From Bdellovibrionota bacterium (lineage in GTDB: Bacteria; Bdellovibrionota_C; UBA2361; JAAYZI01): a stretch of DNA of 64,000 bases. The first letter of the stretch is position 1. Each line of letters opens with the position of its first letter. Under the pieces are notes generated by a model, which saw only the letters and a list, made by a program, of their open reading frames with translations, ran no database searches and was not told the DNA's origin. Positions 21,907-32,694 of the stretch are shown here, piece after piece. Made by a program: the position numbers and the translations under genes. The stretch lies in NCBI GenBank assembly GCA_050950765.1, contig JBMNIF010000002.1:800001-864000 (forward strand), read 5' to 3'.

Positions 21907-23475
21907 TTAAAAGTCTTTTAACTCATTTGGAATGCTACCTTTAACGATCGGTAGGTATTGGTTGAGCATTTCAACTGCCGTTCTAAAAACACGACGTGCT
22001 TCAAAAGGGACACTCTCATTATTTCCACAATCTGCATAGAGGAAAACATTAGTTTCGTAATTGGCATCAATTGGAGCCAAAGCAAAAGTTTTACTTCCGA
22101 AGGGAGAGGAGACATTTGCTTCAGTACCGAAAGAGAGGATCTTGGAAAGGCGTTGTGATAGTGGCGATAAGATATCATCTAACCGCAAATGTTGCCCGTT
22201 CGTTATGTTTGGTCCACGTGCAGCGACAACGATAGCGTACTTTTTATCTTTAGAAACAACGATTAGTGCTGATTTTTCAAAAAGGTCGATCTGAATAAGT
22301 TTTTCTAAGAGAGATGTAATTAACTCTTCACCGTTATCTATCCCTTGAAAAAGGGTGGTAATCTCACGGATTATCTTTTCACCACTCTTTGTTCGTAGAA
22401 AAATTTTAGGAGGCTCTGTTATCTGAAAACCATCACTACGAGCTTCTTTATCTTTTGAGATATTGTTCAGCCCGAAACTCTCTCCGATATCAAGGTCTTC
22501 AAAAGGATCCTTTTCAGGAGCTTCCTGCGCCACTTCTTCCGTAAGTAAGTCTGATTCAAAAAAGTGGGGGACATTAGGTGTTTTTGAACTTTCTTTTGCG
22601 AGAAGTAGATATTCTGTAACACGATCATAAATTTTTTCGTATTGCGACTCCCTAAATTTAAGTAATCTCAAGGTACTCTTCGAGGGAAGTGTCGTTTTTT
22701 TAGAGAGTTTTTCCCAAGCATCATTGTCAAAGGACTCAACCATTTCAACAGCAGCAAGGCAGATTAGCCTTATAACGAAACGATTTTCTTGTAATGGTTG
22801 CTCTCTGTCTAAAATAGAGGTGATCCTAGCGGGGACACCGTTCGTCTGTAAATAAGTATTGCGTACCGCCTCTACGTCAAAAGAGAAGCGCTTTACCAAT
22901 TGGTAATTGATTTTAGAAAAATTACCGTTAGCTTCATTGAAGATATTAATATATTCAGAATTGAAGATATCTAAAGCTAACATATTGCCAATAGGAGTAA
23001 GTACAGCTGCTGTTTGACACTCATCACTGTAATTTTGTGCTAAGACTTCAGCGATAATTCTGGCAACGATAGCGGCACGTCGTCCGTTATTTCTGAATTT
23101 TTCAAAAGTTTTGCGCACATCATCATCTTCATAAGGTGGACGATCAATTAATTCATTTAAGATCTCTTGAGTATAAATTGACCCCAAGCATGTGATGGCA
23201 GATTGTAAGGATGAAACGGTTGTAGCTCCGCTGGTAGATACCATGTTCGCTTTTTTTAAGATCTCAATAACCAAAACAGGGTCTTGGATAGCGCAAACAG
23301 CAAAATCTGAAACGCGGAAGTTCTTAGCACTGATCAACTTTCTAGCGGTACGCCAGACAACAGGATCTGGTGGAAAGGCCACCTTTAAGTACGCTTTGCC
23401 GATAGCGGAACGCACCCCTGTTATAGATGTTAAAGCTATGTTTTGTTGATTTTTAATATCGTCGTCTCTTGCCAT
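21907..23475 (-). CDS. HDOD-domain signalling protein with C-terminal GAF-like region
   Basis: QDPVL..EILKKAN, VSSLQSAITCLG typical of HDOD; HD-like residues degenerate. Confidence 0.7.
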   Translation of the reverse strand: MARDDDIKNQQNIALTSITGVRSAIGKAYLKVAFPPDPVVWRTARKLISAKNFRVSDFAVCAIQDPVLVIEILKKANMVSTSGATTVSSLQSAITCLGSIYTQEILNELIDRPPYEDDDVRKTFEKFRNNGRRAAIVARIIAEVLAQNYSDECQTAAVLTPIGNMLALDIFNSEYINIFNEANGNFSKINYQLVKRFSFDVEAVRNTYLQTNGVPARITSILDREQPLQENRFVIRLICLAAVEMVESFDNDAWEKLSKKTTLPSKSTLRLLKFRESQYEKIYDRVTEYLLLAKESSKTPNVPHFFESDLLTEEVAQEAPEKDPFEDLDIGESFGLNNISKDKEARSDGFQITEPPKIFLRTKSGEKIIREITTLFQGIDNGEELITSLLEKLIQIDLFEKSALIVVSKDKKYAIVVAARGPNITNGQHLRLDDILSPLSQRLSKILSFGTEANVSSPFGSKTFALAPIDANYETNVFLYADCGNNESVPFEARRVFRTAVEMLNQYLPIVKGSIPNELKDF

Positions 23476-23727
23476 AGTTGAGAAATCTTAATCTTTACGT
23501 AATGAACCACCACTTTAAACGAGATCCTCGACGGGCAGATACGTTTAAAGTAAGCGCTATCGTTTATCGTTTGATGTTTTAAATTATAAGAACGGTGCGG
23601 TTTTTGGCGGTGCTTGTGATAGTCACAGAAGGATGCGTTCTTAGGCAGCGCTGAAGTTTTGTTTTAAATTTTACGTTAGCGATAAAATCTTAAATTAAAT
23701 TAGTAAGTTATTTTATCTTTTAAAGCT

Positions 23728-25452
23728 CTAATCGCGTAGCGGAGCGTAAATTGAGGGGCGTTTTGCATATTCAGCAGGTGTAATTTTAGAAGCGGTTTCA
23801 CGTAGCTGTTTCTGAATCTTGGCGCAGTCCTGATCTTGAATTTTGTGTGGAATGGCAGAGCACTCTTTAAAGAGTGTTAAACCGAGACAATTTTTAAGGC
23901 AGGCAACAACGTAGTGATTGGTTGGGAACTTTTTTCGTCCACCTTTAAAAATAGTGTTGTCAAAGGTGGCGCATACTTGCAGCTCAATTTTTGAACGTAC
24001 CTCTTTTAAGCGGCAGGCGGGGAAGATAATAAAATCGGTATCTGCGAGAAGTGTTTTACTGATATCGTTAGAGTCATCAATAAAGGCGGTGTAAGGTAGT
24101 AAGTCCAGTAGGAAAAATCTATTATAATCCGTTAGAGGTGTTTTCTTTAAAATCGACACTCCGTTTGGGGTAAGGAATGTAACTTTACCTACCCTTGTTT
24201 GAGGATCGTTTTTTTCTAAATGCGTTTTTATCTCAGCGCTAAGGATCTGAGCAACGTATCTCTCTTTTTTCGTAAGCACCTTATCTGCATTAGCAATAAT
24301 TTTTTTGGAAACTTGGAACGTTACTACGGCGAGGTAAGTTAAGAGGATCGCTTTCCACAGATAATTTAAAACCTTTTTCGGGGTTCTGTTTTTAAAGACA
24401 AAGGTGGCGATCTCACTTAAGAAAGCTGCTGCTGCTAAGCAGATGGCAGGATAAGACGGAATGATGTACCAGATCAATTTTGAACTTAGAAGTGAAAAAA
24501 GGATCACAGGGCATATCCCCCATGCAAATAAAAAGATCCAAGCCCCCTCTCTTTTGATTACTTTAAAGATCCAGTACACACTTAGGGGCCATATTAAAGA
24601 GAGTGGTAGTAGGCTACCTTTTAAAAATAATTCATTAAAATAGACTGCTTTTTTTGAAGCGTTGTGCAAGCCACTTCCTAATAAGCGTTGATAGATTTCA
24701 ACAACAAAGGTGTTATAAAAATCAGAGTAATAGTGTGTTAGCACATAGCAGATCCAGATACTGAACGGCACTATGCTAAAAACTGCTATAACGATGAACT
24801 CTTTATACCAGTTGCGGATAAGTTTTTTTAATGGAGTGCTTATAAGAAGGAAGAAGCACCAAGACATAATGGCATAAAGTCCCGCAACGTATTTTGTTAA
24901 TAAGGCTGCGGAAGTGATAACTCCGATTAAGATAGGAAGTTCTGCGGCAAACTTTGGAGAGACTTTTTTCCTCTCATAAAGGATCAGGAAGAGGTATAAG
25001 GAGATAGTAGTGCTTAAGAAGATGGAGCTATCTTGCACAGCCATTCTGGCACAGTGCCTAAGGAGGAATGTTTCGCTCCCTATTAAGAATAGAGTAGATA
25101 AAAAGCCGATTAGGGGAGACTTAAAAAGTTTTAAAGCGATAAGAAAGATAAAAACAAGTGATAGAGTTGAAAAAAGAGCATCAGGGAAGCGTAGCCAGAA
25201 AAGAGACGGCTCAAAAGTTTTAACTAGCGCTAAAGTCCCCCACATCTTTAGAGGCGGTTTGCTTAAGTAAGTGTGAGAGCGGAAGGTGGGATGGAGGAGA
25301 TCTCCCGTTAGGAGCATCTCTTTTATTACTGAAACGTGGATACTCTCATCACCAAAAAATAATTTAGCTTCTCCCAAGTTGTAGAAAAAGAAGAAGGCAG
25401 ATAAGAGTAGGATAAGTGTTAAAAATAATATTTTTGTAGTAAGTTTTTGCAT
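23728..25452 (-). CDS. ArnT/PMT-like (GT-C) membrane glycosyltransferase
   Basis: DE..H...EM...GD, YLSKPPLKMW, LRFPDA, LLTKY, SKL.WYIIP.YP. Confidence 0.85.
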   Translation of the reverse strand: MQKLTTKILFLTLILLLSAFFFFYNLGEAKLFFGDESIHVSVIKEMLLTGDLLHPTFRSHTYLSKPPLKMWGTLALVKTFEPSLFWLRFPDALFSTLSLVFIFLIALKLFKSPLIGFLSTLFLIGSETFLLRHCARMAVQDSSIFLSTTISLYLFLILYERKKVSPKFAAELPILIGVITSAALLTKYVAGLYAIMSWCFFLLISTPLKKLIRNWYKEFIVIAVFSIVPFSIWICYVLTHYYSDFYNTFVVEIYQRLLGSGLHNASKKAVYFNELFLKGSLLPLSLIWPLSVYWIFKVIKREGAWIFLFAWGICPVILFSLLSSKLIWYIIPSYPAICLAAAAFLSEIATFVFKNRTPKKVLNYLWKAILLTYLAVVTFQVSKKIIANADKVLTKKERYVAQILSAEIKTHLEKNDPQTRVGKVTFLTPNGVSILKKTPLTDYNRFFLLDLLPYTAFIDDSNDISKTLLADTDFIIFPACRLKEVRSKIELQVCATFDNTIFKGGRKKFPTNHYVVACLKNCLGLTLFKECSAIPHKIQDQDCAKIQKQLRETASKITPAEYAKRPSIYAPLRD

Positions 25453-25568
25453 CGGTTTTTTTTCGCCAAAAAGATCTTAAGCATCATGATATTAGTAGGC
25501 TTTATTTGCAAGTAAATTGAAGCTATGCTGATGACGTTTTTCCTAATTCTTAGCGGAGAATATAAGAG

Positions 25569-26852
25569 ATGAAAGCCCTTAAAAATCTATTTATCGTAGT
25601 GTCACTTATTCTGTTTTTAGCTTCTTGTAAAATATCAAAAAGAGATGAGAGCGATCAGATCGCTGAAGATGTAAAAAACCTAAAAACGCTACCGTATGCG
25701 GCAGCAGTTAACGTTGAAGATTCTTTTGAAGATGGTGTTAACCTATATAAAAAAGATAAAGTTTTTGCGGGGTATAATCTTTTTTGTTTAAGAAATACAG
25801 CCTATGCCTGTCTGTATGATCTCTCTGGGAAGTGTCTTAAACGGTGGCAAGTTGAAGATAAAAATAGCTTGGATTGGCAATATGTAGACCTTGATGCGGA
25901 TGGGAATCTATTTTTTCTTGAAAAGCCGATGGATACTGCCTCACGCGATGGGCGGCAGCCACTCCTTAACGCTTTAGGGAAGTTGGATAGAGAGAGCTCT
26001 TTATTGTGGTACGTTAAGGGACGTTTTCATCACGATTTTATCTTTATACCTGAAGGTCGAGTAATAACTTTTAGTCGTAAAGAGAGGCTTGTGCAGTGGC
26101 GAGGGGAGGAGGTGCCGATCCTTGATGATAAGATCTTAATTCTAGATAGTGCGACGGGGAAAACTTTAAAAGAGTTCTCGGTTTATGATCTATTGGGGAA
26201 TGATTACATCACGGATAAGCAGATTAAAAGGATAAAACGTCGCTCTGACTTTAATAAGATAGTAGCTGCGCTTAAGGCAAAGTCACAAGATATTTTGATT
26301 ATTAATGATACGGCGGGGGATGTTTTTCATATCAATTCGATACTTAGGATAGATAGAAAGATAGATGGATTTGCAGAGGCTGGAGATTTTTTAATCTCCG
26401 TTAGGGAGCCCAACTTAGTAGCTGTGCTAAAGGGGGATTTTAGTGGATTACGGTGGGAGGTGAGAGACGAGTTTAAAAAACAACATCAACCTTCTCTGTT
26501 AGAGAATGATAATATCCTTGTTTTTGATAATAAATGGAAAGACGGTTTTTCAAGGGTAGTTGAGTTTGATGTGCATTCAAAAAAAGTTGTTTGGCAATAT
26601 GCAGCAGATAAGCCTAATGTATTTTTTAGTGGAACACGTGGCGGAGCGCAGAACCTTCCGAACGGAAATGTTTTTGTAGCAAATAGTAATCAGGGGCAAC
26701 TTTTTGAGGTTACAAGAGAGGGTGAGCTTGTTTGGCGTTATCTGAGCCCTACTTGGCAGAAAGGACGAAGGAAGATGCGTATCGCTATTTATAGAGCGAG
26801 ACGATTTTCTAAAGGAGAGGTAAAAAGCTTGTTCCCAGAGTTGGAGTTGTAG
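25569..26852 (+). CDS. Arylsulfotransferase-family lipoprotein
   Basis: Lipobox FLASC, TLPY, FHHD, FHINS, QH, VFDN, SRVVE, LPNGN. Confidence 0.8.
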   Translation: MKALKNLFIVVSLILFLASCKISKRDESDQIAEDVKNLKTLPYAAAVNVEDSFEDGVNLYKKDKVFAGYNLFCLRNTAYACLYDLSGKCLKRWQVEDKNSLDWQYVDLDADGNLFFLEKPMDTASRDGRQPLLNALGKLDRESSLLWYVKGRFHHDFIFIPEGRVITFSRKERLVQWRGEEVPILDDKILILDSATGKTLKEFSVYDLLGNDYITDKQIKRIKRRSDFNKIVAALKAKSQDILIINDTAGDVFHINSILRIDRKIDGFAEAGDFLISVREPNLVAVLKGDFSGLRWEVRDEFKKQHQPSLLENDNILVFDNKWKDGFSRVVEFDVHSKKVVWQYAADKPNVFFSGTRGGAQNLPNGNVFVANSNQGQLFEVTREGELVWRYLSPTWQKGRRKMRIAIYRARRFSKGEVKSLFPELEL

Positions 26853-26975
26853 TGTTTGTTGTTGCTTGAAGTGGTTTTGTGCAGGTTAAAAATTTCCGGA
26901 AATGGAGTTATAATTGTTGTGTTTGTTGCTTGGAGTGCTTTTGTATAGGTTAAAAATTTTTGGGGTTATAGTGTC
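26843..26975. repeat. Diverged ~60-bp tandem duplication overlapping the stop codon
   Basis: GGAGTT..GTTGCTTG.AGTG..TTTGT..AGGTTAAAAATTT at 26843 and 26904, partial third copy at 26962. Confidence 0.7.
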
Positions 26976-27126
26976 TTTTAGAGATTAATTCCTTATTAAG
27001 TGGGGGAGAGTAGATAACTTTAACCTTGTATTATAGATAGGTATTTCAAGTTGTTGCGTAAGAAAAGCGCTCGCTTTAGATCCTCCTTTCAATATTTAAA
27101 ATATTAAAAAATAAATTAAAAACCCT

Positions 27127-27153
27127 TAAGTTTTTTCATAAGGTAGCCGATCT
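27127..27153 (+). promoter_or_regulatory. Sigma28 (FliA)-type promoter
   Basis: TAAG-N15-GCCGATCT. Confidence 0.7.
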
Positions 27154-27221
27154 CAGTCAGGGATTGATATCTCTCTATTGAAATTAAAGTGCTGAGATTA
27201 GTTTGTTTGTTAAGGGTTTAG

Positions 27222-29819
27222 ATGAATAAAGAATACTTAAAAGATATTAGGGTAGGTTTTGCTGATAGAGGGAGAGCTTTTTGTGTCTGTTTAAATGTTA
27301 TGCAGTTAAATGTTATGCAGATACTTTTTATCTCGGTGCTCCTCTCTTTTATTATCCTGTTTTTTACAAACATTGCTCTCTCTCAAACAGTTACAGCAGG
27401 GTCGCTACAATCAGTAAGTGCTGGGGCAAATCATACCTGCGGCATAACAACAGATAGTAATAAAAATGTATACTGTTGGGGAAGTAATGAGTTTGGACGG
27501 TTAGGAAATGGAAGTGCGGTTGATAGTTCAGTGCCGGTAAAAGTAAAGGGGGGAGGACAGGGGGGAGCTTTTTTAAATGGGGTAAGTCAAGTTGCAGCGG
27601 GGTATTATCATACTTGTGCTGTTACAACAGGTGGAGAGCTCTACTGTTGGAAGGGTAGTTGTATAGGGTGTGGAAGCACTCCTGTTAGAGTTTTAAAAGG
27701 GGAACAAGAAAGTTCTGGCACATATTTAGAAGATATAAGTCAAGTTTCTGCTGGAAGTCAGCATACCTGTGCTGTTACAACGGGTGGAGAGCTTTACTGT
27801 TGGGGAAGTAATCTTTATGGGCAATTAGGAATCGGTTCTAAAGGCTCTGGAGGAAGACCTACTAGAGTTTTAAAAGGGGAACAAGGAAGCTCTGGCTTAT
27901 ATTTAGAAGATATAAGTCAAGTTTCTGCTGGATATGGGCATACCTGTGCCATAACAACAGGTGGGGAGGTTTATTGTTGGGGTTGGAATAATTACGGACA
28001 ATTAGGGATTGATTCTACGGAAAATCAAAGCACTCCTGTTAGGGTTTTAAAGGGAGAGCAAGAAAGTACCTGCTTATATTTAGAAGATATAAATCAAGTT
28101 TCCGCTGGAGGTAATCACTCTTGTGCTGTAACAGGAGGTAGAGAGGTTTACTGTTGGGGATGGAATCGTGTTGGACAGTTGGGGATTAATTCTGCGCTTA
28201 ATCAAAGTATTCCTGTAAGGGTTTTAAAAGGGGAGCAGGCAAGCTCTGAAATATATTTAGAAGATATAAGTCAAGTTTCTGCTGGAAGTCAGCATACCTG
28301 TGCTGTTACAACGGGTGGAGAGCTTTACTGTTGGGGAATGAATTCTCAAGGTCAGTTGGGAATCAATTCTACGTTAGATCAAACTACTCCTGTTAGGGTT
28401 TTAAAGGGAGCGCAAACGGGGAATGATACATATTTAGAAAATATAAGTCAAGTTACTATCGGATTTCTTTCTCTCTGCGCAGTAACAACAGGTGGGGAGC
28501 TTTACTGTTGGGGGAGTAATTTTAAGGGACGATTAGGAGATGGGACAACCACGAATCGTTCAGTGCCCGCTAAAATTTTCGATGGCTCTGGATCTGCGCC
28601 GTGTCAAAATGCCTGTTGTGCGCACTGGGGTTATGAAAATGTAGGAGAGGTTTGCTCCGCTGAGAGGATGTTTGATTGTTACGGAGCAGCAGGAGATTAT
28701 AGTGTAGTTTGTGGGAAAGATATCCCCAGCTGTTACGGAGATGCTAGGTATAATCAGATAGGGCAGTTTTGTACAACAGGTAGCGGAAACTGCATAGCCG
28801 CAGGCGATTATACCTGTTCCGGATCATCTCCTGATTCTTCCGTAGTGTGTGGCATTACTAATGTTGCACCATCTTGTTGCGAAGATGCGCTCTTTAGCAG
28901 AATCGGTAGCGCCTGTTCTAAAATAAATGGTAACTGTACTGCTACGGGTACGTACGTTTGTAGCGGTACTGAAACAGGTAGTAGTGTCAGGTGTAATATT
29001 ACTAATAATGGCGCTGCTTGCTGTGCTGATCCAAATTATATGTTACTAGGTACAGAGTGTTATAGCGGAGAGGGTGTTTGTAGAAGCGCAGGCACTTATA
29101 TCTGTGGAGGTTCTCTTACAAATAGCAATATAGTATGTAATGCAGTTCCGAACCTAGCTAATGCAGTTCTTGAAAATACAGAAGCTCTCTGTACAGATGG
29201 GCTTGATAATGATTGCGACGGTTTGCCAGATGAACTAGATCCTGATTGTGACCTCTGCCCTCTTGATAATAACAAATTATTCCCAGGGGTTTGTGGCTGC
29301 GGCATAGCTGATATTGATAAAAATCGTAATGGCATCATAGATTGTCTTGATCCGAAGTTACCAGCGGCAAAGATAAATAGTATCGTTACTAAAGAGACAG
29401 AGCCTATTAAGCCGCGAGTAGATGTGGTGAGGAGAAAGGTTATCGTTTATATGCAACGTTTTAACCGCGCAGAGTTACAAAACTTAAATATTGCAAATAA
29501 GTATGCTCGTAAGAAGGGTAGAAGAAATAAAAAGAGAGGTGATAAGATTACCTTTAAGTATGAAGTCTCTATGAGGTTAATCTCCGCCAATAAGATAACC
29601 AGTAAGAAAAATACAAATCGTACTAGGAAAAAGGTGCGCTCCCCTATCTCGAAACATAATAAGGTAGTCCTTAAGAAACAACGGAGAGGAGTCTACGAAG
29701 TTAAATACAGAATTAAGATTTATAAAAATGGTAAGTTTTTAAAGAACACAGAGTGGAGTGGTACTAGAAGAGTTGCGGTTCCGAAAAGAATAGTCTTCCC
29801 AAGGAGACCTAACTTGTAA
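27222..29819 (+). CDS. Secreted RCC1-repeat 7-bladed propeller protein A, with Cys-rich stalk, Asp-rich Ca-binding repeats and basic C-terminal domain
   Basis: Signal peptide, 7 x SAG..HTCAVTTGGELYCWG.N..GQLG, CTDGLDNDCDG, DLCP...GVCGCG, Lys/Arg-rich tail. Confidence 0.9.
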   Translation: MNKEYLKDIRVGFADRGRAFCVCLNVMQLNVMQILFISVLLSFIILFFTNIALSQTVTAGSLQSVSAGANHTCGITTDSNKNVYCWGSNEFGRLGNGSAVDSSVPVKVKGGGQGGAFLNGVSQVAAGYYHTCAVTTGGELYCWKGSCIGCGSTPVRVLKGEQESSGTYLEDISQVSAGSQHTCAVTTGGELYCWGSNLYGQLGIGSKGSGGRPTRVLKGEQGSSGLYLEDISQVSAGYGHTCAITTGGEVYCWGWNNYGQLGIDSTENQSTPVRVLKGEQESTCLYLEDINQVSAGGNHSCAVTGGREVYCWGWNRVGQLGINSALNQSIPVRVLKGEQASSEIYLEDISQVSAGSQHTCAVTTGGELYCWGMNSQGQLGINSTLDQTTPVRVLKGAQTGNDTYLENISQVTIGFLSLCAVTTGGELYCWGSNFKGRLGDGTTTNRSVPAKIFDGSGSAPCQNACCAHWGYENVGEVCSAERMFDCYGAAGDYSVVCGKDIPSCYGDARYNQIGQFCTTGSGNCIAAGDYTCSGSSPDSSVVCGITNVAPSCCEDALFSRIGSACSKINGNCTATGTYVCSGTETGSSVRCNITNNGAACCADPNYMLLGTECYSGEGVCRSAGTYICGGSLTNSNIVCNAVPNLANAVLENTEALCTDGLDNDCDGLPDELDPDCDLCPLDNNKLFPGVCGCGIADIDKNRNGIIDCLDPKLPAAKINSIVTKETEPIKPRVDVVRRKVIVYMQRFNRAELQNLNIANKYARKKGRRNKKRGDKITFKYEVSMRLISANKITSKKNTNRTRKKVRSPISKHNKVVLKKQRRGVYEVKYRIKIYKNGKFLKNTEWSGTRRVAVPKRIVFPRRPNL

Positions 29820-29821
29820 GA

Positions 29822-29853
29822 AGTTTTTTAAAAGCGGAAGCTTTTAAAAAACT
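29822..29853. terminator. Inverted repeat, probable terminator
   Basis: AGTTTTTTAAAAGC-GGAA-GCTTTTAAAAAACT; same element after the third paralog at ~35283-35314. Confidence 0.7.
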
Positions 29854-29888
29854 GTCTATCTTGGGGGAAAGTTGGGAAGTTGGCGTTC

Positions 29889-29991
29889 GGAGATGAACGC
29901 CCCTAGTTTTAGGGGTGGGAGCGTCTGATGGTGTAAATATACAATATCACGGGGGAGATGAACGCCCCTAGTTTTAGGGGTGGGAGCGTCT
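29889..29991. repeat. Two identical 38-bp hairpin repeats separated by a 27-bp unique spacer
   Basis: GGAGATGAACGCCCCTAGTTTTAGGGGTGGGAGCGTCT at 29889 and 29954. Confidence 0.9.
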
Positions 29992-30096
29992 AGTTGCCAA
30001 TTTAATTTATACAGATTCAGCTATATTTAATAAGAAACACCTATAAAAAGGTGACACTAAAAACCAAAAAAAGTAACTACAAGGGTAAAAAAACCT

Positions 30097-30123
30097 TAAG
30101 TTTTCCTACGATACTGCCGATAA
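30097..30123 (+). promoter_or_regulatory. Sigma28 (FliA)-type promoter
   Basis: TAAG-N15-GCCGATAA, consensus -10. Confidence 0.8.
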
Positions 30124-30184
30124 AACTAAGGATTGATATCGACTCACTAAAATGGGGTGTGGGATTACTCTCTTAAGGGTTCAG

Positions 30185-32266
30185 ATGAATAAAAAGAATT
30201 TGAAGGATATTAAGGTAGGTTTTGCTAAGGGGGAGGGAGTTTTTAGCAAGCACTTAAAAACCGTAAAGCTCTTTTTTATTCCGATGAGCCTCTCTTTTAT
30301 TACTCTATTTTTTACAAACGTTGCTCTTTCTCAAACAGTTACAACAGAATCGTTGCAATCAGTAAGTGCTGGGGCAGGTCATACCTGCGGCATAACAACA
30401 GATAGTAATAAAAATGTAGAGTGTTGGGGATTGAACTCTTCCGGACAATTGGGGATCAATTCTGCGGTTGATAAAACCACCCCTGCTAGAGTTTTTAAAG
30501 GAGAGCAGGATGGCTTCGGTTTATACTTAGAGGATGCAAGCCAAGTTTCTGCAGGTCATGATCATACCTGCGCCGTAACAGGAGATGGAGAGCTCTACTG
30601 TTGGGGAAATAATAGCACCTCACAATTAGGGAATAATGGTCCAACTGGATATCACACTACCCCTGTTAGAGTTTTAAAAGGAGAGCAAGGAGGTGTAGGT
30701 ACATATTTAAAAGATGTAAGCCAAGTTTCTGCTGGATATGGTCATACCTGTGCCGTAACAACACAAGGAGAACTCTACTGTTGGGGAGATAATGACTATG
30801 GGCGGTTGGGAATAAATCCTTCAACTTGGTCGGCAACCACTCCTGCTAGGGTTTTAAAAGGAGAACAGGGAGGTGCAGGTACGTATTTAAAAGATGTAAG
30901 CCAAGTTTCTACTGGAGCTAATCACACCTGTGCCGTAACAACACAAGGAGAACTCTACTGTTGGGGAGATAATGACTATGGGCGGTTGGGAATAAATCCT
31001 TCAACTTGGTCGGCAACCACTCCTGCTAGGGTTTTAAAAGGAGAACAGGGAGGTGCAGGTACGTATTTAGAAGATGTAAGCCAAGTTTCTGCTGGAGAAT
31101 ATCATACCTGCGCCGTCACAACTCAAGGAGAGCTCTACTGTTGGGGTTTAAATTTCACTGGACAATTGGGGATTAATTCTACCTTAGATCAAACTATCCC
31201 TGTTAGAACTTTAAAAGGTGAACAAGGTGGTGTAGGCACATATTTAGAAGATGTAAGTCAAGTTTCCACTGGGAAATATTATACTTGTGCTGTAACAACA
31301 GGTGGAGAGCTTTACTGTTGGGGATTAAATTCCTCCGGACAGTTGGGGAACTATTCTACCTTAGATCAAAGCACCCCTGTTAGAGTTTTAAAAGGAGCGC
31401 AGACAGGTATAGGGTCATATCTAGAAAATATAAGTCAAGTTACTACGGGGGATATTCACACCTGTGGTGTAATAACAGGTGGTGAGCTTTACTGTTGGGG
31501 CAATAATACTATTGGCGAATTAGGTGATGGCACAACCACTAATTATTTAACACCTGCTAAGATTTTTGATGGTTCCGGATCTGCACCGTGTCAAAATGCC
31601 TGTTGTGCGCACTGGAATTACGGAAATATAGGGGTAGCGTGTTCTGCCGAAAATGTATTTGGGTGTTACGGAGCAGCAGGAGGTTATAGCGTAGTTTGTG
31701 GAGAAGATGCACCGACAGGAACTCCTACTCCTTCTCCTACCCCCACACCTAGTTTAGATGCTTGTCCAGATGATCCGAATAAAACTGAACCTGGAATTTG
31801 CGGTTGTGGCGTACCTGATGTTGATAATAATCATAATGGCATTATTGATTGCCTAGACCCGAAGGTGCCGACGGAGGACGTCGTTACTCCAAAGACTAAG
31901 CCTGCTACTCCTGAAGTAAAGTTAAGAAAAAGAAATAATATCGTTGTTTTTATGCAACGGTTTAAACGTGCAGAGCTGCTGCAAAGATTTAGTAACGTCT
32001 TTAGTTGCGCTAAGAAAAATAAAAAGAGAAGAATTACCTTTAAGTATGAAGTCGTTATAAGACGGGTTCCTGCTAATAAGGTACGTAAGAGTAGCGCTAA
32101 GAAAAAGACGCAATCTCGGATCTTAAAACGTAATAGAGTAATCTTTAAGAAACAGCGACAAGGAACTTATAAGATTAGGTACAGAGTTAAGATCTATAAG
32201 AACGGTAAACTTGCTAAGAACACGAAGTGGAGTAATTCTAAGAGTGTTAAAGTTCCGAGAAGGTAG
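30185..32266 (+). CDS. Secreted RCC1-repeat propeller protein B, with short PT linker instead of the Cys-rich stalk
   Basis: Start MNKKNL homologous to paralogs; 7 RCC1 units; PTGTPTPSPTPTP; DACPDDPNKTEPGICGCG; basic tail. Confidence 0.9.
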   Translation: MNKKNLKDIKVGFAKGEGVFSKHLKTVKLFFIPMSLSFITLFFTNVALSQTVTTESLQSVSAGAGHTCGITTDSNKNVECWGLNSSGQLGINSAVDKTTPARVFKGEQDGFGLYLEDASQVSAGHDHTCAVTGDGELYCWGNNSTSQLGNNGPTGYHTTPVRVLKGEQGGVGTYLKDVSQVSAGYGHTCAVTTQGELYCWGDNDYGRLGINPSTWSATTPARVLKGEQGGAGTYLKDVSQVSTGANHTCAVTTQGELYCWGDNDYGRLGINPSTWSATTPARVLKGEQGGAGTYLEDVSQVSAGEYHTCAVTTQGELYCWGLNFTGQLGINSTLDQTIPVRTLKGEQGGVGTYLEDVSQVSTGKYYTCAVTTGGELYCWGLNSSGQLGNYSTLDQSTPVRVLKGAQTGIGSYLENISQVTTGDIHTCGVITGGELYCWGNNTIGELGDGTTTNYLTPAKIFDGSGSAPCQNACCAHWNYGNIGVACSAENVFGCYGAAGGYSVVCGEDAPTGTPTPSPTPTPSLDACPDDPNKTEPGICGCGVPDVDNNHNGIIDCLDPKVPTEDVVTPKTKPATPEVKLRKRNNIVVFMQRFKRAELLQRFSNVFSCAKKNKKRRITFKYEVVIRRVPANKVRKSSAKKKTQSRILKRNRVIFKKQRQGTYKIRYRVKIYKNGKLAKNTKWSNSKSVKVPRR

Positions 32267-32600
32267 TTTTTTACGTAAGTGATTATTACCCTCCCCTCTA
32301 TTCTGATTAACTACTTAAAAAAGAGACGAGGATATTTTCCCACAGCTTTTTATTATGTTTTTTACAAGGTAAATACTACTAAAACTTTAAGTCAACTTTG
32401 ATCTTTAGACCTATCTCTTTTAAGAGGTAGAAGGTCTCTCTACTATTACCTTTATCCTTCAATAGCCCCCACCTGTCGTTTAGATCTAAGGTTCTGTTAT
32501 TAACAAAAGTATTTAACAAGAGAGGAATTAAAGAGGTTTTAGGTGGGTGATAGCGCCATTCTTTTTAAGGTCTAAAATAGTAAAAATAGATTAAAACTAT

Positions 32601-32627
32601 TAAGTTTTTTCACAATACAGCCGATGT
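32601..32627 (+). promoter_or_regulatory. Sigma28 (FliA)-type promoter
   Basis: TAAG-N15-GCCGATGT. Confidence 0.7.
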
Positions 32628-32694
32628 TGCAGGAGATTGATATCTCTCTATTGAAATTAAAGTGTTGAGATTAGTTTGTTTGTTAAAGGTTTAG

